Assembly: GCA_000004695.1 (NCBI GenBank)
Contig: CM000154.2
Coordinates: forward strand, 3,072,001 to 3,136,000
Direction of reading: 5' to 3'
DNA from: Dictyostelium discoideum
Taxonomy: Eukaryota
DNA length: 64,000 bases
The notes below the pieces were generated by a model that was given only the letters and a program-made list of their open reading frames with translations, searched no databases and was not told the DNA's origin. Shown here piece after piece: positions 27,529 to 39,314 of this stretch. A program made the position numbers and the translations under genes. Position 1 is the stretch's first letter. Each line of letters starts with the position of its first letter.

Positions 27529-28058
27529 TATTAATAAATAAAAAAGTGATAAAAAAAAAAAAAAAAAATCATAAAAAAGTAAACCAAATAAAAATTGGAA
27601 TTCGAGGGTTAAAATAATTTTTTTTTATTTTTTTCATCAACACTAACCACATTTCCAGGTGATTATATTCCATGTAGTAGCATTAGTAGTGGTTGTAGTA
27701 GATCCACAAACTTAAGCTCAACTAAAAACCATTAGATCATCAACATCCTTAGAAATATCAACAAACCTTAAATGATCACCATTATACATGAAAAATAATT
27801 ACATTGAAATGTTTATCCTCAAAATAACAACAAAAGATCACTCACAAACATCGAAATAAAAAAAAAAAAAAAAAAAAAAAAAAAGTATATTTGAAAATAA
27901 TAAAAAAAAAAAAAATGGATTGCAATATTATTTTTTTTTTAATTTTTTAAGTGATTTTATTTTTTATTTATTTTTTTATTTTATGATTTTGTTTTTTACC
28001 CCTATAAAAAATTTCTAACCACAAAATTTTAAAAATAATTTTTTTTTTTTTTTTTTTT

Positions 28059-30016
28059 ATGCATATTAATTTTCCAAACACAATGATATCCAATCAAAAT
28101 ATAATAAATAATAATATTGATAATAATAAAAAGTGTACACTTCACCCAAACAAAGATATAATATTCTTTTGTTTAGATTGTAAATTAATACCATGTTGTA
28201 TTCAATGTATATCAAGTAAAGGTGAACATCATGGTCATAAAACTGATCCATTAGAATCAACTTCAAATATTCTTTCATTAATGAATAATTTTAAAGATGA
28301 TATATATCAAAAAGTAATTGACAGAATAGAAACCAATGAAAAAATATTAAAACAATCAAATGATAAATATAATAAAATTCAATCACAATTTGATATTAAT
28401 AATAATTCATTAAAAAAAGAAATTAAAAAAATTCATGATATCATTTCAATCATAGAATTAGATATTAAAAAAAAATTACAAACAACCTTTGAAAATAATA
28501 CATTAATAAATACAATTATAACTTCTTCAATCAATAATGATAATCAAATACTTTCAACTATAATTAATTATAAAAATGAAAATGAAAATGAAAATGAAAA
28601 TGAAAATGAAAATGATAATATTACAACCATTGAAAAATTAAATGAAATTATAAAATTTAATGATCAACAAATTTATGATAATGGAGATGATTTTATTATT
28701 GATAGAGATACTATTAAAATTATTAAACAATATCAACAATCATTAATAGTATTAAATAATAATAATAATATCGATTATTCAAATAAATTAAATGAATACG
28801 ATAATCAAATCATTCATTTCAATAATCAAATAATTGATGATATTAAAAATAATTTAAAATCAATTTATACCTTAGATAATTGTGGATTTAAAATTGAAAT
28901 TGATGAAAATAATAATAAATTTTTTAAATGTAAGCTTTAAACTGTTTTTTTTTTTAATAAATGATTTTCACATTCTAATTACCAAATATAGGGAATAATT
29001 TAAAGTTTTATATTAAATATGAAGGTGGTTTTTTTAAATATAGGGAAGGTATAGCACTCAAAGACAATTGTAATATTTTATCAGAATTAAAAAATAAATT
29101 ACCATTACATGTAATGCTATTGGACGGATTCTATCAAAAATTAACACCAGGTATATTACCAGATGGTGTTATTCTCTTGTATTTAGGTGATATTAAACAA
29201 GAATTAATAATTGGTTCAATTCCTAATACTGTAACGAGTGTCTCTTTATTGAATGGATTCAATCAAAAATTAACACCAGGTATATTACCAGATAGTGTTA
29301 AATCCTTGTATTTGGATGGATTTAATCAACAATTAACACCAGGTATGTTACCATATAGTGTTAAATGGTTGGGTTTAGGTGATTATAAACAAGAATTAAT
29401 AAATGGTTCAATTCCTAATACTGTAACGAGGGTCTCTTTATTGAATGGATTCAATCAAAAATTAACACCGGGTATATTACCAGATAGTGTTAAATTGTTG
29501 AAATTAGGTGATATTAAACAAGAATTAATAATTGGTTCAATTCCTAATACTGTAACTTTTGTCACTTTATTGAATGAATTCAATCAAAAATTAACACCAG
29601 GTATATTACCAGATAGTGTTAAATTGTTGAAATTAGGTGATATTAAACAAGAATTAATAATTGGTTCAATTCCTAATACTGTAACGAGTGTCTCTTTATT
29701 GAATGGATTCAATCAAAAATTAACACCAGGTATATTACCAGATGGTTTAGAATCGTTGTATTTAGGTGATATTAAACAAGAATTAATGATTGATTCAATT
29801 CCTAATACTGTAACGAATGTATCTTTAGAAGATGGATTCAATCAAAAATTAACACCAGGTATATTACCAGATGGTTTAGAATCGTTGTATTTAGGTGATA
29901 TTAAACAAGAATTAATAATTGGTTCAATTCCTAATACTGTAAAGGAAGTAAAAGTTTCCCAAAGTTTTAAACATCAAATTGAACCTTATGTCTCAAAAAA
30001 TGTAAAAATAATTTAA
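28059..30016 (+). CDS. B-box zinc-finger + coiled-coil + FNIP-repeat protein; exons 28059..28929, 28992..30016
   Basis: N-terminus CTLHPNKDIIFFCLDCKLIPCCIQCISSKGEHHGH has B-box Cys/His spacing, followed by a coiled-coil-like K/E/I/N-rich region. The ORF 28059..28940 ends in ...FFKCKL* but a GTAAGC donor at 28930 plus a 62-nt intron ending ATATAG (28991) joins in frame (phase 1, codon TGG) to the open frame carrying ORF 29114..30016. That frame holds about 10 tandem ~22-aa FNIP repeats (FNQKLTPGILPDSVK.L.LGD...QELIIGSIPNTVT.V.LL.G). The repeat unit is about 66 nt and recurs nearly identically at 29150..29900. Confidence 0.6.
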
Positions 30017-30434
30017 TAAGGAATTTGCAGAGTGCTTTATTTTTAATGTTGAATAAAACAATTTCTAGTACTGTAAATGTTTCCAAAAGTTTTAAACTAC
30101 AAAAAAAATCAAATCAAATCAAATCAAATCAAAAATCGTTTCTTGTCAAAATTAAATTAAATTAAATTAAATTATACCAAATCAAATTGTTTCTTTTGAA
30201 AAAAAAAAAAAAAAAATAAAATAAAATAAAAATAAGCCCTGGTGTTTCTGATTTTTTTGCGAATTATATATTTTATTTTATTTTTTTTAATATTTTTTAT
30301 TTTAATTGTGAACAAATAATAAAATAAAAAAAAAAAAATTGTTCAATTAATTTATAATAAATAATAATAATAATAAATAAAGTTTTTTTATTATACATAA
30401 AACAAATGCAAAAATTAAAAACACAACTTTGCAA

Positions 30435-30466
<32 letters not shown>

Positions 30467-31045
30467 CTGATAATTATTAATCGTCTTTTCAGTTTTTTGA
30501 TTTCTTTTTATCTGGGTGATTTATTTTTAATATTTTATTTTTTTTATTTTTTTTATTTTTTTTTTTTTTTTTTATTTTTTTTTTTTATTTTTTTTTATTT
30601 TTTTTATCCCAGTTTATTTGAAAATATCCTTGCATTTTAAATTTTTTATTTTTTTTATTTTTTTTATTTTTAATTCACTTTTTTACACACCACAAAACAC
30701 CATGAAAATATATTTCTTTTTATTGTTATATTTCCACTCCTCATAATAAAAATCACATTACAATAGATTTATGTTTTAAAAAAAAAAAAAATTAAAAAAA
30801 AAAAAAAAAAAAAAAAATAAATAAATAAAAATAAAATTGTGACCAATTAGAAATTTTTTAAAATAAAATGTTTTGTTGAAAAAAAAAGTAATTCAAATAA
30901 TAAAAAAAATATCTTTTTTTTTTTTTCGATTTCCAAATGATCAAAAAAAAATTTTTTTTTTTTTTTTTTTTTTTCTTTTAAATTTTCAAACATATTATTT
31001 TTATTTAATTTTTTTTTTTTATTTAAATTAAAAAATAAAAAAAAA

Positions 31046-33739
31046 ATGAATAATTATAATGATGTTATTTTTTTTAAAATTTGGAGAAATCATTTTATTA
31101 GAAATAATATATTAGAAAAAATTAAAGATGATAAAAATTTTTATGACAGTTTTAAATATGAAAAGATATTTTCATGTTCATGGATGATAGAGAATGGATA
31201 TTATTTATTATTAAAAGAAAAAGTTAATAGAGGTGAAAATTTAATATTCAATTGTATTGATTCACTTTGGGAAACCAATGAAAAAGAATTTATACCAAGA
31301 AATTTAACAAGAAAGAAATTTGATAATGGTCGTCTATTTGTACTAGATTGTAATTCAATTTTTTATAAAGAAAAAGCAGCAATTCATTGGGATTTGAATT
31401 TCTATATAAATTTATTTAAAAATTATCCAAATTATTTTTTAAATTTTAATAAAAATGAAACAGAATTCACATTAATTGAATATGATAATCAACAAGCATT
31501 ACAAATTTTTGTAGAGAATTTCAATCATATATTACAAATTGAATCGTTTTTTAGGTCATTTGAAATTGGTTCTTATGAATGTTCATTTTATATTTTTAAT
31601 AAATTTAAAAATGAAATTTTAAAAAGTAAAAAACATCAATCAAGAATTTGGAATACTTTATTGAATCATTCAATATTTAAAAATGAAATGATTGAAATTG
31701 ATTTAATAAATCAAAGAATTGATTTCATAATTAATAAATGTCAAATACCAATACCAAAATCATTATCAGATGTTCAACAACTCCAATTCGTGCCATGTTT
31801 TTATGAAATTAAAATATATGAACAAAAATTATCAACAATATTAGATTGTTTAAAAACTATATCACAACTTTCAAATATTTTTAAATCATTTTTAAAATCA
31901 ATAAATGATAAATCATATAAAATAAAATTAACAAAAGATCAAGATGAATATTATTCAAAAAAAGGTAGTTCAACACAATTAAATTTAGAATTATCAAATA
32001 TAAATTCATTAATTTGGTCATTAGGTAGTGGTAATAATAATAATAATAATAATAGTACAAGTACATTATTATTATTATCAATAACAGATATTAAAAATAA
32101 ATTTACAAGTAAAGAATTAGAAACAAATATTATTGAATTATTAATTACAAGTGAAAAGAATGAAATAATTTTTGGATTATATCGTTCATTATTACCATTT
32201 ACTCATCATTTAAATCATTTTATTGATAATTGGAATTTTTATCAAATTAAAAGGGAAAATAATTATCAAGATTATTTAAAAATTAAAAAACATACTATTA
32301 TTACAACAGATACTGTTTTTCATTCAAAAATGTTTGCACATTATAAATTTCAAGAATTTATTGATGATTGTCAAGATGATAATAATTTATTTAGATTTTG
32401 TAAAACAAAAGATTCCCAAATTAATTTTATCAATAATTTTAATAAAGATTTAATAATGACAAATCAACCAAAGAAATATAATCTTTATAAAAATATTCTT
32501 TCAAATTTAGTTTGGTTAGATGATATTGAATTAATAAATTTATTAAAGAAACCAGTTGAAGTTGAATTTAAACAAAATGAGAAATTATTATTAATTTCAA
32601 AATTAAAATCAAATGAAATGTTTGATATAGTTTATCAAGTTTTAAAAATGGCAAATGAAATGGAAAGAAATTTAAATATATTAAAATCAATTGATTATAG
32701 TATTAGTTCAACAACAACAACAACTACTACTTCTACCACAACAACAAATACAGTATCAAATGTTACTATTGGTAATGATGGACAACCTATAAAAAGAATT
32801 TTAGAAATGTTAATCTTATGTGAAAAATCAAATATTTTACAACATTTTAAAAATAATTATACTCTTGATTATCTTTCACAAGTGAATTATATTGATTTAA
32901 CAAATAAAACATTTAAATTTGGAATTTTTAAATTTGTTTATGATAATTTATCAGATTTTTCAGTTTATGAGAGAGTTAATGCTTGGAGAAATAATCTTAG
33001 TTTCATAACAAATGTTCAAGAATTTAAATATTTAGTTGAACGTACACCATCATCATCAGATTATAAACTACCATCAGATAATGGTTTATCATATTTTAAA
33101 TATATGGTACAAGAAAGATTATTTGATTTACAAAGTGGTAGATGTAGTTTCGAATCACATAAATATCCAATTTATCAATACTTTAAATTGGTTAAAGATA
33201 AAAGACAAGGTAAAGAAACTAATGAAGATGATATTAAAGAGGAATTTAATGATTTAATTTATCCAAAAAAATCAACATTTAGTAGTTATACACTAAGAAG
33301 TACATTTTCAAAAATTTGTCAATACAATGATTTGGATTTAATTGATCTTATTTTTACCGATGCTTCAAACTTCACCAATTTTGGTGATCAAAAAACAACA
33401 AATTCCAAATCGTATGTACAAATACTTTTGGAAGTAATAACATCACAAGGTGATTTAGAACTTTTTAAATATGTAAATTCAAAATTTCCAGAAATAGTTT
33501 TAATCATTTTAAAAGATGGTTCAAAATCAAGTTGGGTTAACGGTTTTTATCGTTGTTGTCGCCCTGTTCAACTTGCACTTACAAATGGCCATATTGACTT
33601 TTTATTATATATTTTAAGTTTAAAGAAAACAAATAAAGTCTTTTTAAAAATAACTCATATCTCAATTACATTCAATAATAAATGTTTATTAAATCATTTA
33701 ATAAATATAGACAATAGTTATTTATTTTTTGAACATTAA
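31046..33739 (+). CDS. Large lineage-specific protein, family B, tandem copy 3 (897 aa)
   Basis: KIFSCSWMIENGYYLLLKEKVNRGENLIF; NSIFYKEKAAIHWDLNFYINLFKNYPNYFLNFNKNETEFTLIEYDNQQALQIFVENFNHILQIESFFRSFEIGSYECSFYIFNKFKNEILKSKKHQSRIWNT; LLPFTHHLNHFIDNWNFYQI; FHSKMFAHYKF; GIFKFVYDNLSDFSVYERV; LALTNGHIDFLLYILSL. These are collinear with copies 1 and 2. Confidence 0.7.
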   Translation: MNNYNDVIFFKIWRNHFIRNNILEKIKDDKNFYDSFKYEKIFSCSWMIENGYYLLLKEKVNRGENLIFNCIDSLWETNEKEFIPRNLTRKKFDNGRLFVLDCNSIFYKEKAAIHWDLNFYINLFKNYPNYFLNFNKNETEFTLIEYDNQQALQIFVENFNHILQIESFFRSFEIGSYECSFYIFNKFKNEILKSKKHQSRIWNTLLNHSIFKNEMIEIDLINQRIDFIINKCQIPIPKSLSDVQQLQFVPCFYEIKIYEQKLSTILDCLKTISQLSNIFKSFLKSINDKSYKIKLTKDQDEYYSKKGSSTQLNLELSNINSLIWSLGSGNNNNNNNSTSTLLLLSITDIKNKFTSKELETNIIELLITSEKNEIIFGLYRSLLPFTHHLNHFIDNWNFYQIKRENNYQDYLKIKKHTIITTDTVFHSKMFAHYKFQEFIDDCQDDNNLFRFCKTKDSQINFINNFNKDLIMTNQPKKYNLYKNILSNLVWLDDIELINLLKKPVEVEFKQNEKLLLISKLKSNEMFDIVYQVLKMANEMERNLNILKSIDYSISSTTTTTTTSTTTTNTVSNVTIGNDGQPIKRILEMLILCEKSNILQHFKNNYTLDYLSQVNYIDLTNKTFKFGIFKFVYDNLSDFSVYERVNAWRNNLSFITNVQEFKYLVERTPSSSDYKLPSDNGLSYFKYMVQERLFDLQSGRCSFESHKYPIYQYFKLVKDKRQGKETNEDDIKEEFNDLIYPKKSTFSSYTLRSTFSKICQYNDLDLIDLIFTDASNFTNFGDQKTTNSKSYVQILLEVITSQGDLELFKYVNSKFPEIVLIILKDGSKSSWVNGFYRCCRPVQLALTNGHIDFLLYILSLKKTNKVFLKITHISITFNNKCLLNHLINIDNSYLFFEH

Positions 33740-33858
33740 TAATAATAAATAATAATAAATAATAATAAAAATAATTAATAATTAAATAAAAAAAAAAGGA
33801 ATAATTAACTTTATTGAATATATAGATGTTTTTTTTTTATTTTTTTATTTTTTAATAT

Positions 33859-35448
33859 TTATTGTTGTAAAAATGATTGTAGTTGTTTTAAATTTTCATT
33901 ATTTTGTAAATTACGACCGATATCACTCATTGAATGAGTGATTGAGATAGAGGTTTGAGTATGTTCAACTTTAATTCTAGTTGGTCCATTCTTTCCAATC
34001 ATAAATACACCATAGATGATTGGAACTTTGTCACCAATTATTGAACGAATTGATTTAATTTTGAAAGCATCTCTTTCGGAATCAGTTCTAGCACCCATAC
34101 AAGAGACAGCATATAATACAAAAACATTTTCAAAATCACCTACACTATAGCTATTATCATTTAACCCAATTTTAGTAAGGTCTTTTACTTCTTGGACTGT
34201 TACATCTTTCAATCTACTTTGTAATAATGTTGTCATATTTGGAAAGAAATCACTTTGTTTGTACACCAATAGCTTTTTATTTGTGATTACTTGTTGTTTT
34301 GTTACAAATGTAGTTTCAGCAAACAATGGTGTTTTCAATGCTTCAACTTCCATCTCTGCAGTAGATACATCATCATTGGAAGACCTTGGGTGTGTATCAA
34401 CTTTAATTTCTAAAGTTTCATTTTGTGGAATTTCAATAATAAATTCTTCACCATTTTTTTGTTTATCTTCTAGTTTTTCTTCTTTTTGTTTATCTTCTTC
34501 TTGTTTATCTTCTTTCTTATCTTCTTCTTTTTTATCTTCTTTTTGTTTATCTTCTTCTTGTGGAATTTCAATAATAAAATTTTCACCATCTTGTTGTTTA
34601 CCTTCTTCTTTTTGTTTTTCTTCTTCTTGTGGAATTTCAATAATAAAAATTTCACCATATTTTTGTTTACCTTCTTCTTTTTTATCTTCTTCTTTTTTAT
34701 CTTCTTTTTGTATACCTTCTTTTTGTTTAACCTCTTCTTGTTTAACCTCTTCTTGTTTATCTTGTTTCTCTTCATTTTGATGTGAAGGTGAAGTTGATGA
34801 AAATGTTTGTTGATTAGTCTCTGTTTGAGTTTGCTGTTTTACAGTTTTTATTGATTCTTGTGGAATCTCATTGGTAATATTATTCACTTGATTTTGTTTT
34901 TCTTCTAGTTTGTGTGATGGTGATGATTGTTGGGATTGGTCACTTTTTATTTTAAAAAAATCGAGTTCAATAGATTTATCAATGGAATCACCTTCACTTT
35001 GTTTTTTATCAATACTAGTAGCTCCCATTGTTGTCTTAGTGGTAGTAGTAGTAGTAGTGGTGTCTATGACATTGATAAAACTATTGATTATTAAGTCTGT
35101 ATTGGTGGTGCTATTATTGTTGTGATATTCGTCGAGTTTTGTTTTCAAATCTTGAATTTCATTTTTTAAAAGTTTTGATTCATTATTTAATCTAGCAATA
35201 TCTAATAGTTTTTCAAACATTATTTCATACAATAGATCTCTATGAATCTTTGTTCCTAAATCTCTAATTTGCACGATATGAATGATACCCCTGAATTTAG
35301 GAACTTTGGAAAAATCTTTTTCTGTATAAGTGGTTCTCCAATTGAGGTTTCCTGGTCCATCAATCTGGTTATCTAGGTTTTGTAAATTCTTCTTTTCCAA
35401 AAGTCTAAAAAATTCATCTACGTCTTTTAAATGGAAAAAATCTAACAT
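33859..35448 (-). CDS. Lineage-specific protein, family A (paralog of 20553..21416), with internal E/K-rich tandem repeats
   Basis: ORF of 529 aa. Its ends are homologous to the 20553 gene (see that entry). The centre holds three copies of (Y/D)GE(I/N/E)FIIEIPQ(E/N)E separated by K/E/Q/D-rich spacers, from roughly 111-nt repeat units around 34440..34790. The antisense ORFs 34259..34780, 34470..34775 and 34486..34785 are by-products of this repeat. Confidence 0.65.
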   Translation of the reverse strand: MLDFFHLKDVDEFFRLLEKKNLQNLDNQIDGPGNLNWRTTYTEKDFSKVPKFRGIIHIVQIRDLGTKIHRDLLYEIMFEKLLDIARLNNESKLLKNEIQDLKTKLDEYHNNNSTTNTDLIINSFINVIDTTTTTTTTKTTMGATSIDKKQSEGDSIDKSIELDFFKIKSDQSQQSSPSHKLEEKQNQVNNITNEIPQESIKTVKQQTQTETNQQTFSSTSPSHQNEEKQDKQEEVKQEEVKQKEGIQKEDKKEEDKKEEGKQKYGEIFIIEIPQEEEKQKEEGKQQDGENFIIEIPQEEDKQKEDKKEEDKKEDKQEEDKQKEEKLEDKQKNGEEFIIEIPQNETLEIKVDTHPRSSNDDVSTAEMEVEALKTPLFAETTFVTKQQVITNKKLLVYKQSDFFPNMTTLLQSRLKDVTVQEVKDLTKIGLNDNSYSVGDFENVFVLYAVSCMGARTDSERDAFKIKSIRSIIGDKVPIIYGVFMIGKNGPTRIKVEHTQTSISITHSMSDIGRNLQNNENLKQLQSFLQQ

Positions 35449-35575
35449 ATTTTTTTTTTTATTATTTATTGTAATTTAATTTGGTATTATTTTATTGTTG
35501 ATTATATAATTTTTGTTTTTTTTTTTGAATTAATAATTTTTTTTTTTTTAATACAGTTTATTAAATTAATTTTCA

Positions 35576-35606
<31 letters not shown>

Positions 35607-36149
35607 TAAAACTTAATATTTTAAAAAAACTTATTTAAAATGATATTTTTGTGTTAAATTCAGTTTCAAAAAAAAAAAAAAAAAAATAATTTCTGAACTT
35701 AAATTTTCCAGTGGCAATTTAAAATATTTTTACATGGGGGCTCATATAAAATTAATTTGTATAATTTTCAAATTTTGAAAAGTGCTGGCTTTTACAATAA
35801 TTAATTCATTTTTTATAAAAACTTTTTAATTATTTTTCTATTTTTGTTATTAAATTATTTAGATATAAAAAGGTAATAAATTGTTGAAATGAATATTGGG
35901 ATTATTTAAAATTAACACTTTATAAAAAAAAAAAAAAAAAAAATAGAAAAAAGTTGGAGATATCCTAGGTTATTAAAAAAAAAAAAACAATTAAATTTAG
36001 AAATAAATAATAATAATAAAAATTATAACTAAAACACGATTGGCAAAATAAAATAATCCCATTCAATTATCTATTAAAAAACTTGATTTATTTTTGACTC
36101 TTTTTTTTTTTTTTTTTTTTTTAATAAATAAAAGTGTTGATTTAGTAAA

Positions 36150-39100
36150 TTAAGAACCTTGGGTTCCAATTTTTTTTAGTTTTTTAGATAATTGATTTTC
36201 AACAAATTTCTTTTTATAGATATAGAAAGATAAAGCAATAACCAAAGCCACACCTAATACACCAGAAACAACCACCACAGGAATTAAATAAGCAGGTCTT
36301 TCACTTTCACCACAATCATTTTTAAAAGATGTCGTAACTAAAACGGAAAAATCAGGGTCAATTATACAATTTGTACAATATGGTAAATTTAAACCAACAA
36401 TAACTGAATCACTTGATTTTGTAACAAGCTCAGATGTGATAATTGAAGATCTACCATCTGAAAGTATTCTATTTAAAAATCTGGCTTGCATAATTTTTGA
36501 ATCCTTTTTAATTGTTATATAATTTAATAATTCGTTATTACTATTTTGAATATCTGTATCTTGTTGATTACAATCATTATTATCACTTGTTACTGATGAT
36601 TGAAATTGTAATTGTAAATTATTTAAGAATGAATTATATTGATAATTATTAATTGATACCGAAATTTTAATTGAACCACTATCTAAAGTTAAATTATAAC
36701 CTGCAAATGAGTAATGTTTTGATTTCTCTTTAATCTCCTCAACTGTATATGATACAGTACAATTTGTTAATGATTGAACTAATGTTTGAGAGAATTGATA
36801 AATATTATTACTATTATTATCATCTGTATTTTTCATTTCTGTTACCCATTTATTATCTAATGTATACTCTTTAATTACATTTTTATCAACATCAAATTCA
36901 ATTAATTTTGTAATTAAAATTTGGTAACTTGTTTTTTGATTATTTATAACTGTTGTACCATTATTATCAATTGTTGTATTTGATGATGGTACTCCACCAT
37001 TACCATTACCACCACCACCACCACTAATGATGCTACAATCAAATCCTGTATATCCAGATCTACAATTACATTCACCTGTATTTACAATACAATCACCATT
37101 TTTTGAACAATTATTTAAACAACTTTTAACACTTGTTTCATAAATGAAATAGCCTGACCATGAAACTCCATTTTGTTGAATTGATAATGACTTTTTACCT
37201 GTACCTGGCCAAATAGTACATTGTATTGAAACATTTGTTATGGTATTTTGAATTAATGGACAATTTTGATTATCAATGCTAACTATTAAATTATTATGAG
37301 AATTTGAAAACCAACCATATAAAGTTATATCACCACCCATTTCATTAACAGAATCAATCGAGGATACATATATATTGGTATTTATACTACAATCATCACC
37401 ACTCCATCCAACTGCGCAAACACATTTTAATGAATTTGTATCACAATATTCACCAATGTTACACTCTCTATAACATTTAGGTGGAAGTTGTGATTGAGTT
37501 GCATTTACTGTTTTAACAATTTCTTTAATACTTGAAAAATAAATTGTAAAAATACCATTTGATGGTAATAATTCATTAAAATAGTATGAAGATTCAAATC
37601 TGTATGATGGAATGGTTGGTTCCCAACTAAAAAATGGTACCGTATAAAAATCTTGAGAATTAAGTCCAATATCATTTCCCCACATTATTAATTTTTTATT
37701 TACTCTATCAATATAAATATTAACTTTAATTGTAGAACATGTTGGGTCATATTTCAAATTACTATTAAATAAAAAAATATTTCTTGATGATGATGGGTAA
37801 CATGAAAAACATGAAGGTAAAGTTCCAGATAAATTATTAAACTTTAAATCTAAAGACATTGAATTCATTGTACAATAACTTGAATCAACTGTTCCTGATA
37901 TCTTTTTTATAAAAAAAATAATAAAAATAAAAACATAATTATAAAAAAAAAAAAAAAATCAAAATTAATATTATTCAAATAATTTGATTTTTAAATTTTT
38001 AAAAAATACATACCATATTATTACTTAAATCTAAAATTGAAAAATTATTTTTTGGTAACTTTACATTTAAATTGGAATACAATATTTTTAATTCGTCAAC
38101 ATTTGAAAATTTATTCAAATCTTTTTCATTTGGAAAATTTCCTCCATTTATTTCAAATTTTTTGATATTTGGAAGTGATAAAAATGGGATCATACCATTT
38201 ATTGAAAATTCACCAAAAGTATATCCAAATCTTAATTCTGTTATATTATTGTTTTCTGGTAATTCAATCATTTGGGTTGGTTTATTTATCATTCCACCTA
38301 TTGATCTTTTTTTTTTTTTTTTTTTTTTATAATTATTATTATTATTTTTATTATTTTAAACGATTAAAAAAATTTAAAAAAAAATATTTACAATGATGTC
38401 ATTATTGAATTTTGAATATTAAATATTGATATTGGGAAATCTATAGTAGAATTATTAATGAATGCACTAAAAGATAAATAAAACTTTATTAGTTTACAAT
38501 TTCTAATAATAAAACTATAATTAATAATACATACAATTTTTGAACTTTGGTCATTGTTGCCAAGTTTGATACATCATTATTAATGTATGAAAAATAATCT
38601 GTTAAATATAAATTCAATTCTTTTACATTTACATTTGTAAAAGATGGTATAGAATTTGCAACTAAACTTAAAAAATCAATATCCAAAACACTTTTAAGGT
38701 CATTTACATAAGTAACTGAAATTTCTCCAATACTTGTATTAGGAACAATTTCTAGTATTCCAAATTTATTTAAATATGAAAATTTAAACTCTCCTTGAAA
38801 ACTAGGTGGATGAACTATTGATCTATTATGAAACAATTAATAATAAAATTTATGAATAATGATAATAAAAAAAATAAAAAAATAAAAAAATAAAATAAAC
38901 TTACAAATATGTTTGAGAAATTGGTGAATCAATCTTTACAACATTACATAGAGTTAAAGTTATAGATTCCACATAAACATTGCTTAAAAAATCTGGTGAT
39001 AGGTAACAATTTGAGAGTTTTCTTATTTTTTTTTTTTATTTTTAATATTGAAAATTAAAAAATAATTAATAAAATAAAAAATAGTTTAAAATAATTAAAA

Positions 39101-39314
39101 AATAAAATAAAAAAAAAACCTACAATTTACTTAAACTTGAAAATGAAAAACTACTTGATTCAATAATTTGAGTATTAGTTTGTATAATGTCTGCATAGAT
39201 TAAAACAACTTTATTTGAAATAGTTGTACAAGAAAACATATATTGATTTGAGTAATTACAAAAATCATAAACACCCTCACTTATTATTGGAAACCCTGTC
39301 ATATTAACATTCAT
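36150..39314 (-). CDS. Type-I membrane protein with LRR-like N-terminal repeats, EGF-like Cys-rich modules, one TM helix and a short cytoplasmic tail; exons (minus) 39314(?)..39124, 39021..38905, 38822..38535, 38305..38014, 37901..36150
   Basis: The minus-strand ORF segments 39120..39314, 38489..38836, 37999..38292 and 36150..37868 join with consistent phases. Donors are GTAGGT, GTAAGT, GTATGT, GTATGT; acceptors are ATAAG, AATAG, AAAAG, AAAAG. Junctions read ...SSLSK-L-KLSNCYLSPDF...PISQTY-L-SIVHPPSFQGEF...TKVQK-L-SIGGMINKPT...ILDLSNNM-ISGTVDSSYCTMNSMSLDLKFNNLSGTLP. LRR motifs (LDLSNN.ISG..P, L.FNNLSGTLP) and EGF-like blocks (CDTNSLKCVCAVGWSGDDC, CSKNGDCIVNTGECNCRSGYTGFDC) are present. TM is IPVVVVSGVLGVALVIALSFYIY followed by KKKF. 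The 5' end is unresolved: no signal-peptide exon was found; a candidate MKKIYMFVFIFFYFI lies at about 39486 on the minus strand but cannot be spliced in frame. Confidence 0.5.

Noticed and set aside
38072-38396. ORFs 38072..38332(+) and 38169..38396(+) opposite the LRR/EGF gene
   Set aside because: They are antisense to exon 4 (38014..38305) and its flanking intron, run into the poly-T tract, and have no independent support.
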